Shown one piece after another: positions 33,038-43,225 of a stretch of 64,000 bases of DNA. The position numbers and the translations under genes are program-made. The notes under the pieces are model-generated. The model was not told the DNA's origin and did no database searches. It worked only from the letters and a program-made list of their open reading frames with translations. Numbering within the stretch: the first letter of the stretch is position 1; the number at the start of each line of letters is the position of its first letter. This stretch comes from a virus, in the IMG/VR virus record IMGVR_UViG_3300025875_000001, positions 70,814 through 134,813 of that record. The stretch is one strand, 5' to 3'.

Positions 33038-34478
33038 TATGACTAGCTTAGCAGGCCAAGCTAGCGCCTGTCAACCACCCCAAGATAGTTGATCGGTTGT
33101 CTCAATATTTGTGCTGAAAGTCCAAAGTTGATTTAAGTCTTCAATTTCAAGCTCATTGAACCGAGCTTCTGGCCTAGCGTCTTTATCTAAAAGAGCTTGT
33201 ATCCATACTTCATTAGCGTCAAACCTATTTGAAGTTACGTAAATGATTTCCCAGCGGTTAAAATTGTATACATCTATTGTATAAAGCTTGGTCAAATTGG
33301 AATCCTCCTTGTACACTCCAACCTATCTCCTAGGTCGTTTATTTCTCCTACGTCATCTGAGAGGGTTACAGCTAGCAACGTGTCACACTGTCCACCCGGC
33401 ATCTCGGGCGTAGCATTGTCTGCAAACAAACATCCATGTACGCAATTGTATTGTTCTATGTGAGCTATGGCATCTGCTGCATATTCAAACCGGCCATCAC
33501 GTCTAGCTTTATACATCTTCTAAGCTCCTCACTATCTTATTATCAATTAACCTGCACACTACGGGCAATAAAGTCATAGCGGCTACCACCAAAAGCCCGG
33601 CCCAAAACGGCCAGCCGCTAACTACCGCAGCAGCAGTCCACATAACAAATAGAATAAATGACAGTAATGCAACATTTTTCCACGCTATTGGTGTGAATTC
33701 AGCCATGTTATTGCATCCTCTACTATGTCTTCTGCTATATATAAAATCGTAAATGCTGTATCTAGTGCTACTTGTTTAATTGCTGCTAGCATTACTCCGA
33801 CACCTTTCCTATGGCATAAGATTGCCACGTATTGCCATGATTGACGTAGTGATCGATTAGGTCACCGTTCCATATAGTCATAGCTGGCTTATCTCCTGGT
33901 AGGCCACAATTGTCACAATTTGAATAAGCTTTGCTATTACCACCATCTGAGTCCGGCCAAACCACATATAAATATCCATTCCAGCAACCACTACATCTTC
34001 TACGCTCTACTCTACCCATTGACCTCTCCTATGGATAAGGCCGGGAACAATTAAGCTCCCGGCCTCCCCCGTTTATCTCGTCTTACGCCTCATCTTATTT
34101 ACGTACCTAGTCTTTTTTAAATTCAAAACATTGCACTCGGCGCATCTTATATACATGTAAGTAGGGTCCCAAAAATAATCTGACTCTACCTGAATCCATT
34201 CGTGCTTGTGGTCAACACGCTTACGAACTTTCTTAGCTCGCTTTTTGTATGGTAGTTCTTCTGGGCCAGCGCCGTGATCCTGTCTGAAATTTTTACGGAT
34301 AAGTGGGTGTTCGTCCCATGTTTGCCTGCGTCCTCGCATGTTTAGGTTCCTTTCTTTGGCTCGTTAGAGCTTTTTATTTACCTAAACATGACCACTCCTA
34401 TTCATAGTTGCTCTCCGTAGTTAAGTCCGTGAGGGGAAGCCTAAGCCCGCAAGTCTCACGGCGCAGTGTTTAATTGGG

Positions 34479-34553
34479 AGCGGGATACCGGAATCAAACC
34501 GGCTTCTTTCCTGGCTTATGAGACCTGGCAAGATTATCAACCTTCCACCCGCA
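34479..34553 (-). tRNA. tRNA-Met(CAT), fMet-like, irregular acceptor and T loop
   Basis: CAGGT-CTCATAA-GCCAG; GCGGG/CCCGC acceptor core; T loop TTTGATT. Confidence 0.65.
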
Positions 34554-34555
34554 AG

Positions 34556-34625
34556 TAGCCCCACGGAGTTATGCTCTCACGCTAGATCGGGATATGAATC
34601 CGAGCCGGTCACTAGACCTGGGGCC
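34556..34625 (-). tRNA. tRNA-Met/Ile2(CAT) with non-canonical T loop
   Basis: Acceptor GGCCCCA/TGGGGCT-A; TCGGA-TTCATAT-CCCGA; T loop AGCATAA. Confidence 0.6.
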
Positions 34626-34629
34626 TTAA

Positions 34630-35380
34630 TTTTGGAAAGGGCCTAGAATTAACCCCCTCCGTGACAGGCTTTAGTTGGAGTATTATTTCCCAACCTTTCC
34701 GCGTAGTCCCCCACGCACCTGCCGCGCCTAGTAAGTATAGCCTACTACTCTTTATGTCACAAGCTTACTCCACTTCGTTCGATTCAGATAAGAGCCGCTA
34801 AACCCCTACCCTGCACTACTTGAACATGAACACCCTTGGCCTTGCGAGCTTCCAGGTGGCCGGATTCCAAATTGGTCCGGCATTAAGGCGCTTTTGCTTT
34901 GTGACAGGAGAAGTCTTTTGCTTTTATGTATTTGCATTCATAGGCAATGGGACTCAGTCCCGGAGGGTTTGGTAAGAGATGTGCTTCTCCGCGAAGTTCC
35001 GTATCCTTTTGGGATATAGAATGCTTCACACCTCAATATCTTTCGGCTTGCGGGCCTACTCAAATCGTAATCCATTTCACGAACCCGCCGATCCGTTACT
35101 TTGTAGTACATGGATAACGCCCTTGATTGCGGTCTCGGACTATTTACCCTTACTAATCGAACATGATGCTTATGGTGGCGAACCACTACCCCTTTTACCC
35201 TGCCGGGTGACTACAGTCATTCGACCATTCGCCGGGCACTCACATCGCTACAACGCTCATCACATTGCTTAACGACTAGCTTTGTATGGTTGTACCTATT
35301 GCTAGGCGACAAGCAACCAGCCTGCCTTTCTATACGTTACCGTATATTATCGTGCCATACCACGTTCACGTTTTTAATTA
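34630..35380 (-). ncRNA. Large (~750 nt) structured ncRNA, GOLLD-like
   Basis: No credible ORF; many hairpins with UUCG/GNRA-type loops; long-range GAGGTGTG/CACATCTC stem; flanked by tRNAs. Confidence 0.7.
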
Positions 35381-35385
35381 TAAAG

Positions 35386-35457
35386 TAGGTCCCCGGAGAA
35401 TCGAACTCCGAATTTACGGGTAAGAACCGCAAGTTATAACCGTTTAACTAGAGACCC
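35386..35457 (-). tRNA. tRNA-Lys(CTT)
   Basis: TGCGG-TTCTTAC-CCGTA. Confidence 0.88.
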
Positions 35458-35562
35458 ATTGTTCGATAACCTATATGCGGTGTTCGGGCGGATAGCCAAC
35501 CGCCGTTCTTTCGAGAGCACGCTGACCATATAGATTATCTGACTGAGTTGCAACTCAGTTTG

Positions 35563-35635
35563 TGCGCCCGGAGGGATTCGAACCCCCGACCTAACGGGTA
35601 GAAACCGTTTGCTCTATCCACTGAGCTACGAACGC
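35563..35635 (-). tRNA. tRNA-Arg(TCT)
   Basis: AACGG-TTTCTAC-CCGTT. Confidence 0.93.
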
Positions 35636-36220
35636 ATGTGTGAGTTAGCTCTATTTCAACTGCGAGCACTAACTCCCTTGCAGTGGGTCTTTGTTGTATC
35701 TATCTTAGCATCACGCTGTCGTGCTTGTCAAGCATCAGACACTAATTCCTTTCAACCGGCGCAACTCGTTTTCTAGCTCATCAATACGATCTTGCCTATC
35801 TTTTTCTTCTGCGAGTGCAACGTATAAATCTGCTTCTTTTTTAGGTGCATAACCACTCTGAGACCAGTCAAACTCTCCAATAAATTCAGGCTCATCAAAC
35901 CCTAGCCATTCAAATACTCTTGACCAATCAACAGAATGACCTTCCCAATGCAGATCACCATTTTTATAAACAGCAATCCAGTCGTCTGCATAAGCATAAG
36001 ACCATTTGTCAGCCACAGCTATACCACCCCGAATTAGTAATTGTTTCTTGGTTAAAGACTACTTCAAAAATATCTCTGCCGCCGTCTCCCAACCATTCAC
36101 TAACAAACGAATCTGCATCACTTTTACTAAGAAAGTGGTCTCTGACTAACTCATCATTCTCTATGTTTCTAACGCCATAAAAAGTGATAACAGACGTAGG
36201 CTGTCTAACGCTGGCTAACT

Positions 36221-36529
36221 TCATACTACATCTGCGCTAATAGCTAGAAGATCCTTCTTAGACTTCAAACCTGTCTCCCGGCGAACCTCGGTACCATTTA
36301 CATACCATAGTAGCGTCGGTACAGATCGTACACCCATAGCTGTAATTTGTTCCATATTTTCATCAGCATCTAGCTTCACCACATCAATATCATATTCTTC
36401 ATTAATTGCATCTAAGATGGGTGCCTGTGCCTTACAAGGATGACACCACGTTGCCCATACATCTACTAAAACCGGCGTTTCGTATGAACGCTCTAAAACT
36501 TGCTCTTGAAAATCTGTTACTTCAATCAA
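36221..36529 (-). CDS. trxA: Thioredoxin
   Basis: VLVDVWATWCHPCK...VRSVPTLL. Confidence 0.92.
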   Translation of the reverse strand: MIEVTDFQEQVLERSYETPVLVDVWATWCHPCKAQAPILDAINEEYDIDVVKLDADENMEQITAMGVRSVPTLLWYVNGTEVRRETGLKSKKDLLAISADVV

Positions 36530-36915
36530 AACTTATCAACTCCATTAATTTGTACAATAGGTAATACTGTCCTAATGTCTTCCATATAACCACAAAGGTT
36601 ATGCATACTCTTCCCACTTGCGCTATTTTTATCAGGATTTTTATCGTACCACGGATACTCACTACAAACCGGCGGTCTGCTGTCATGCGCTGTACAGCTT
36701 CTAGTAAGTCTATCATAGGCTAGACACTCATAAGTAGCTTCATCTTTACGTACTTTGGTGACAGTCCAATTATCATAAACAAAGTTGGCTGTTTTTATAT
36801 TGACCGCATATTTTTCAAGATCATCGCCGGTCATATCAATGTATTCTTCAAATCTAGAAGGATGCGCCGAAACGATGTTTATACAACATGCTCCACAGTC
36901 AGCCACACAGGGCAT
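36526..36915 (-). CDS. YkgJ-family cysteine-cluster protein
   Basis: CVADCGACC...CLAYD..TRSCTAHDSRPPVCSEYP. Confidence 0.8.
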   Translation of the reverse strand: MPCVADCGACCINIVSAHPSRFEEYIDMTGDDLEKYAVNIKTANFVYDNWTVTKVRKDEATYECLAYDRLTRSCTAHDSRPPVCSEYPWYDKNPDKNSASGKSMHNLCGYMEDIRTVLPIVQINGVDKF

Positions 36916-36942
36916 AATTATCCTTTGTTAGTAGTTATATTG

Positions 36943-37026
36943 CACATGCGGCTGGATTCGAACCAGCGGTAGCAAAAGCAACAGATTAACAGTCTGTCCC
37001 GACTCGCCAACGGTCGGCCCGCATGT
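36943..37026 (-). tRNA. tRNA-Asn(GTT) with long variable arm
   Basis: ACAGA-CTGTTAA-TCTGT; 13-nt variable region TGCTTTTGCTACC; G discriminator. Confidence 0.8.
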
Positions 37027-37042
37027 ATATTAAATTGTGTTG

Positions 37043-37123
37043 TACGTAAGAAGGGAATCGAACCCCCAATGCCGAAGCTACAGAGTTACAATCTGCTAAG
37101 CACACCGCCTGCTTAACTTACGC
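37043..37123 (-). tRNA. tRNA-Tyr(GTA)
   Basis: GCAGA-TTGTAAC-TCTGT; variable arm AGCTTCGGCATT. Confidence 0.9.
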
Positions 37124-37313
37124 ATTGTCCCGATATTATTTACCCTCGGGAGCGGGGAATATGTGCCAATCAGTTTCCGTGCGCTTTGTTCAATTGGCAT
37201 GTGTGTCATCTGCTGTCGCTGTGAACTACCGACAATCGCCGGTAACGGGACTTGCACCCGCCTACATTTGTCCTTATCTCTGGATCAACCCTTATTCGAA
37301 TTCGGATTGCACG

Positions 37314-37384
37314 CTCCCCCACCTGGAATCGAACCAAGGTCATGCGATTAACAGTCGCAGGTTTTGCCGTTAAACTACAGGGGA
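37314..37384 (-). tRNA. tRNA-Asn(GTT), canonical
   Basis: TGCGA-CTGTTAA-TCGCA. Confidence 0.92.
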
Positions 37385-37825
37385 ATGCTGGGTTTGTGCT
37401 ACATCATTATAGCCGATAATCTTATTTCTATACAATCTCTTAGCTTGTCTGCACCACTCACACTTGCACTTTCTCTCACTATACATTCTAGCAGTACCAT
37501 GCTCCCACGTCAACTCTAGCCTGGTAGTTTGACTTCGACCCTTATTCCATGGAATAATTTCTCCGTTGTCATATTGAGATTTTGTATACCTAGCATGGCA
37601 TTCAGAACATAATAATTCACACTTTGCTAGCTCTGCCAATATTTTATCCCAAGCTTTATCTAAACCTGCACCAGACAGACTAAAAGCTTTTTCGACTCTG
37701 TCTCTATGATTAAACTCTAAGGTATTGGTGGAACCGCATTGTTGGCACTTACCGCCAGCCAAGTCGATCAACTTTGATCTTCTTGCTTCCCTCCGCGTGG
37801 CCATGTATGCAGCCATATCTTTCAT
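37370..37825 (-). CDS. HNH endonuclease; 3' end overlaps the 5' end of tRNA-Asn
   Basis: GGKCQQCGSTNTLEFNHRD...KCELLCSECH; HGT..CKCEWC. Confidence 0.85.
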   Translation of the reverse strand: MKDMAAYMATRREARRSKLIDLAGGKCQQCGSTNTLEFNHRDRVEKAFSLSGAGLDKAWDKILAELAKCELLCSECHARYTKSQYDNGEIIPWNKGRSQTTRLELTWEHGTARMYSERKCKCEWCRQAKRLYRNKIIGYNDVAQTQHSPVV

Positions 37826-39037
37826 GCTTCTATCTTAACACTACCTGCTCTGCCTGTCAACTACCAACTTCCCGGCGTGTGTACGTGATCGCATAATTTA
37901 CCAAACAGCCAGCGCCAAACAAAAATCCGGCGCAGACCTGGCCTTGTCTCTAGCCACTCCCAACCACAATCAGTACCCACCCAAACATAATACCCGTACC
38001 TGTCTTTACCATACTTAGATGAGTCCGGATAATAATGCTCTTTAGCAATGTAGAGCTTTTGCCTAGCACGCTTCAAAGGTGTGATACCGGCTTGATACCG
38101 ACTATATGACCTAGGTCCGTACCAGTGCAGCCGACTCATTAGATCACAACCTCATCAATATACTTACTTAGCTGATCAAATTTACGCATCGCCACACTTA
38201 ATGAATCTTGTGAATATTCTCTATTTGTAAATACAGTGTGTTGACGCCTATCCCAAAAATTATAAGCTTCTTCCGCCAGATCTAAATCCTCACCCTCATA
38301 CACACACACCGCGATACCATTAAACTTGCTGGTTACATAGTACTTAGATGGCTCGATATATTCAAATGGTTTCATTAATCAACGTAGTCCTCACAGTGAA
38401 TTGCTTCTTTATGTGTACACATCCTACACTGTCTCCCGGCGTTATGGCAAGCACATGGACACATCAAGCTTGACCGCCATCTTCGCCCCATGTTTCAAAG
38501 AAAGCCCAACAGTCAGGACCAATTTCGTCACTAAAATGACCGATCACTCTATGACTATCTTTCTCACGCAGCTCAATATACAAATACGACCCTTCGCTAT
38601 AAGACTTTTCGGCCTGCTCATTTAGCAAGTTAACGGTGTCCGTCACTAACTTCAAGTCTTCTGCATACCAACTAAATCCCGCCATTTTATTCCTCCACAG
38701 GGGGCCAGCCGACATTATAGTCGTATTCGGGTAGATATGTTACTAGGTCACTCATAGAATTACTTAGAGCCGTAAAAGCATTTGCAAACTGCCCAAAACT
38801 CTTAGCGTTTTCTAGCGCATCAAAATCATAGCCTACCGTCCTTACGGCATCAAGTAGCCAGTCTGTATTTACAACGTCACCTTTAGCCATTATTATCGCC
38901 TTTCTCTTTGTTAGTTCCTAAGCAAAGAACATCTGGGTATGGCCCCTCATTAAAAACTATAGTATGTAAATGAGGATCATGATTTTCTCTATTTAAACAA
39001 TGACTCCAAGTGCCCAACTCACCCTCTACTTTAGCCA

Positions 39038-39535
39038 TTATACTCCAATCAACTCCCGCGCCTTTGCATACTTTTCAAGCAAGCGCTCTTGTGTCTCTGG
39101 CTCTAGATATGACAGTCTCCAGGGCAAAGTATTGTCTGCAATGTCAGCAAGTTTAATCATCTTAGCGCTGGGATTGTTCTTAATGCCGTCGTAGTAAAAT
39201 TCATCAACTGACATTATCTTATAAATTTGAGCCTGCTGCCAAAGGTCGCTTTGATACCTATCTTTACTATCGTGACGATCTAAAAGTCTAATAAGCCTAA
39301 CGCTAGCTTCTGGGACGCCCAGCTCTACTAGCGCTCCATACGTAAAGGCGGTGTCCTCTGTAACGTCATGTAGGATCGCTGCAATTTGTACATAGGGAAG
39401 TGCGCCCATAGCTTGCACACCGGCCAAAACCCTCTTAGGGTGGTCGATATACGGCAGCCCGGCCTTGTCAAACTGATTACGATGTGCAAACTCAGCGAGC
39501 GCAATAGCATCACTTAGCGTCGAATATCTTTGCAT
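39038..39535 (-). CDS. HD-domain hydrolase, SpoT/Mesh1 (small alarmone hydrolase)-like
   Basis: AHRNQFDKAGLPYIDHP, AAILHDVTEDT, IKLADIADN. Confidence 0.8.
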   Translation of the reverse strand: MQRYSTLSDAIALAEFAHRNQFDKAGLPYIDHPKRVLAGVQAMGALPYVQIAAILHDVTEDTAFTYGALVELGVPEASVRLIRLLDRHDSKDRYQSDLWQQAQIYKIMSVDEFYYDGIKNNPSAKMIKLADIADNTLPWRLSYLEPETQERLLEKYAKARELIGV

Positions 39536-40070
39536 CGCGTATCTCCCTATAATTATGAATCAAAGCTTTGATAACTGTTAGCAACTCACCCTGCATTATA
39601 GAAATTTCTCCACGGACAAATCTGCCCTGCTTAATAGTTAGCCATGTACGATTACCGTCAGTGGTTACACTAATTGTTGCTTTTTGCATTTTGATACCTT
39701 TCTATTGCAAGGATCGCTAAACCACTAACTACAGCAAGCGCATATATTGCTATAAGCAATCCGTTACCAGCAATAATCCAACATACTAGTGTAAAAGCAT
39801 TTACACATGTTACAAACGGTATTATAGACATTAGCTGATTCATAACATACCAATCTACTTAAGTTTGATGCCCATTTTATTATTCGCCGGGCCAGCGAAA
39901 GGGGCGATTGCCCTCCACCACTTACCTGTGGGTAAGATTATCCGCGCACTGCCTCCTGGGCAATGCCGTAGCCGTCCCAATTGTCAACACCGGCGTTGAG
40001 CAGTGCATCAAGGAACTTTTCTGCCTCAATAAGCTCGTTGTACTCGTCCTTGGAAATTGTAACCATATTG

Positions 40071-40568
40071 TTATCTGCCATTGATGATCCTTTCAAACGC
40101 TTCAACATTGCCCATTGCATCGTTTACAGGATTGTGGTCGTGCTTTGTTACACGATACTGCTTCCACTTCTGAATGTTAGACCAATTATTCTGTAAACCG
40201 GCCCAAAAGTCTGAAATACGTCGGCCAGAGTGACCGAAAGGATTTTCACCTAGAGTCCTGTCGAACTCAAAGTTTATCCACTGGAAGTCGTAAGCTGGGT
40301 TGTCCGATACAAATACCGGCCTGCCAGCAACAGTTACTTTGAGCCAAGAAGCGAAGCCTGCCATAACCTTTGTCGCATCGAAACCCGGGCCGGTGATGGT
40401 TGAGACGGCAGGATTCTCCTCACTTGGCACAGAAGGAAAGAGCACTCCATGATATGCTTTTCGTGATCCATAGTGGACTGCTCCAAACTCTGTCATCCGA
40501 CCCGTTGCTGGGCTAATGCCTTCTGCTGCCTCAACGTCTACGAATATTAGGTTATCATATTTAGTCAT
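40071..40568 (-). CDS. DEDDh 3'-5' exonuclease (Rv2179c/RNase AS-like)
   Basis: IFVDVEA, FVSDNPAYDFQWI, HNPVNDA. Confidence 0.75.
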   Translation of the reverse strand: MTKYDNLIFVDVEAAEGISPATGRMTEFGAVHYGSRKAYHGVLFPSVPSEENPAVSTITGPGFDATKVMAGFASWLKVTVAGRPVFVSDNPAYDFQWINFEFDRTLGENPFGHSGRRISDFWAGLQNNWSNIQKWKQYRVTKHDHNPVNDAMGNVEAFERIINGR

Positions 40569-41109
40569 GTGAATAACTGCTTCCTTGCACGCTTTAGGGC
40601 ATCAATAAGTTCGTCCAATCGATCTTCATCAAGTTCTACAAACCAACCGGGGATTTGTGTGTCAACATCTTTCCATCCGCCGGTCATTCCATCATCTGAT
40701 GTGTATCTAGTTCTCAACTTTCCGCCAGGAAAGACAGTAGCAATATTAATCTTCTTAAATTCTTTATCCCATCCAACCCTAACGTAGCTAGTATCAAGCC
40801 AGCCGGTCGCCTGGAGTGGAAAATCTCTACCTGCTTCTACAATTATTTGCTTTGGCATCACGCCACTTCCAATCTGAGCATCACACTCTATAATTATTCA
40901 TTTTCCATACGCTTCAAATTTACATCTTGTCCGCGCATTCTATCTGCCTTGCCTTGTCTAATCCTGACCTGGCCGGGCAAAGAATTAATCCACTTCATCA
41001 TCTCTTGACGAATCAGTAAATCCATTTCGGGAGTGTAAGTTCCGGTATTGATATAATCTACTGGCAAACCATCTTCATAAACAAACATAGTCACTCCTAA
41101 TAATAATTG

Positions 41110-41194
41110 TAGGTGCGGAGGGATTCGAACCCCCGATGGGATATTCTCCGTTGGCTTAAAAGGCCACTCCACTCGGCCACTGTGGGACGCACCC
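41110..41194 (-). tRNA. tRNA-Lys(TTT) with long variable arm
   Basis: GTGGC-CTTTTAA-GCCAA; 16-nt variable region CGGAGAATATCCCATC. Confidence 0.8.
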
Positions 41195-41211
41195 ATGTGT
41201 TTAATTATAAT

Positions 41212-41280
41212 GCCTAGGTTACGGAGTCGAACCGCTCTGAGGATTATGTCCCCGTGCTCCCGTTACACTATATACCTAGG
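41212..41280 (-). pseudogene. tRNA-like gene with 5-nt anticodon loop
   Basis: Acceptor CCTAGGT/ACCTAGG, T loop TTCGACT, arm GGGGA-CATAA-TCCTC. Confidence 0.55.
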
Positions 41281-41539
41281 ACTATCAGATTTGCCCACCA
41301 GCCGCCTGATTACCGACATCAGCGGGACTTGACCAAATAGTGATCTGCTATTTGGAAACTTTGTAATTGTAAGGGGAAAGTCTTTAGGCATTCGGGACTT
41401 AGACCATACCCGCATTGGTAATCTCTACCTGTTGTAGTGACGATTGCCACTAGGAGTCATGAACTCCCTCTCTCCCGGCGTCCGACGTTGAGTCCCCCAG
41501 ACCCTCAACCGAACGTAGTACTATCTTACTACCTCTATC

Positions 41540-42547
41540 TCAGTCTGTCAACCCTGCATACTCAATAAGATCAGCAAGCTGTGAAAAAGTAAAGCCTGCG
41601 TCGTTTAAACTCGCTAGCGTGTCTTTGATTAGATAGATAGGATTAGTATCTTGCTTAAACTCTTCACCATCTACTATCCCATACACCGTATGATTAGGTA
41701 AACCATAGTCATATTTAAGATTTTTAATTGCAATTCTAGGATCTGAATTAAAGACATCCAATGCTTCTTGTGCTCTAGGGGGAAGATCTGACCAATTTTG
41801 ATCAAAACTTACATTGAGGTAACCCAATACATCAAACCCGAATGTGACATCAAGATTCGTACCGCGCTCCATTGCCATCTCGCACCAAACACCTAGGCAA
41901 CAATATCCAATTGTATTACCTGCTTTGTCTACCTTTTTGAGCACTCCATCAATTTGAGGCTTATCTGTAGTACGTAGTTCATTAACCCAAGCTTGTTGGG
42001 CCTCAGTCAGTTCCGCCATTTTGACTCCTTAGTAGCTTTCTAAACCGCCAGCATATTCAATAAGCTGGCCAATCTGTGCAAATGTAAGGCCAACATCATT
42101 TAGACTTGACACCCCAACGCTAACAAGATAACGCGGATTGTTCTTACGATACACATTAATTTTATTAATATCTACATAATAAGTATCTGCTGGCTTATTC
42201 TCATCAAAATTAACATTTTCAATAACAATAGCAGGGTCACTCTCTACATCACCTAGTGCCTTTGCAACTTCTTCCGGCAAAAAACAGTATTCTTTCTCTT
42301 CACCAAAATATTCACAACCTGGAATCCTATCCAAAGAAGTATCAGGAGCTAAGGAGTCATCAACAATCACGGACTCAATAATGCCACGCTCCACTGCCAT
42401 CTTAGCCGCAACACCTAGGCAACAGTAACCTACGGGATTGTCTTCTTTAGGAACTGTTCGATGAAGCATACCCTTTGTCTGTGGCAGGTCTGTAGTCTTT
42501 AGAACCTCTACCCACTCACGCTCAAATTCATTCATGTTAGCCTCCAT
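41540..42547 (-). CDS. Tandem paralogs 41540-42019 and 42029-42547 (hypothetical)
   Basis: WV..L.TTD.PQ..G.L...GYCCLGV...LND.G.TF.Q...LIEYAG shared by both. Confidence 0.75.
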
Positions 42548-42827
42548 AATTAGCTAGTGTAAGTCCAAGCCGCTTCATCTTACCCCGCCGGTCCCGGGCT
42601 TGTCCACCCTCATTCTTAGTAATCAGCTCATTAAGCACCCATGCAGTAGCACCAGAATTAGCCTTAACCCTAAAAACCCCTTGACCAATAGCAACATCTG
42701 TCACTACTCCCCGGCCCCACCAGCCGTACACAACATCTCGCTTACGAGGTTCCATAGCGTTTCCTTCCGTCGTCGTTGTAAACAACCTTAGCTGGTCATG
42801 AAACGGTTGTCAAGAACTTTCTTCAAG

Positions 42828-42853
42828 CAAAAACCCCGCCAAAACGGCGGGGC
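42828..42853 (-). terminator. Intrinsic terminator downstream of tRNA-Asp
   Basis: GCCCCGCCG-TTTT-GGCGGGGT followed by TTTT. Confidence 0.75.
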
Positions 42854-42860
42854 TATTATG

Positions 42861-42934
42861 CGATTCCGACGGGGATTGAACCCGCACCTTTACCGTGACA
42901 GGGTAACATGCACAAACCAGTACACCACGGAACC
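42861..42934 (-). tRNA. tRNA-Asp(GTC)
   Basis: TTACC-CTGTCAC-GGTAA. Confidence 0.92.
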
Positions 42935-43153
42935 TTATTTATTTATGCTAATTGTGCGTAGTCTAATATTTCCATATTGACCACTTCTGCTCCAGCGCAA
43001 CTACCTTCTCCAAACGAATCACCTATCATTTCTTCGGCATCCGACTCATTTGGAGCTGTAACTTCGGCCTGAATCATTACATTAAATATATATGTGTGCA
43101 TTGTACTTTCCTTTCGGTCAGTACAATTATATCATGTATATATATAATGCAAG

Positions 43154-43225
43154 TGCCCTAGGAGGGAATTGAACCCCCATCTCAACGTCCGTAGCGTTGC
43201 GTCGTGTCCTTTGGACCACCAAGGC
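43154..43225 (-). tRNA. tRNA-Arg(ACG)
   Basis: CAACG-CTACGGA-CGTTG. Confidence 0.92.

Noticed and set aside
34938-35272. ORFs on both strands within the large ncRNA region
   Set aside because: No RBS or recognisable motifs, and they overlap an extensively base-paired region
40894-41196. Track start for this ORF
   Set aside because: The N-terminal part overlaps tRNA-Lys(TTT); the real start is probably the internal MFVYEDG
41285-41520. RNase P RNA
   Set aside because: Lacks the GAGGAAAGUCC and AGAACCCGGCUUA-type universal motifs and is too short
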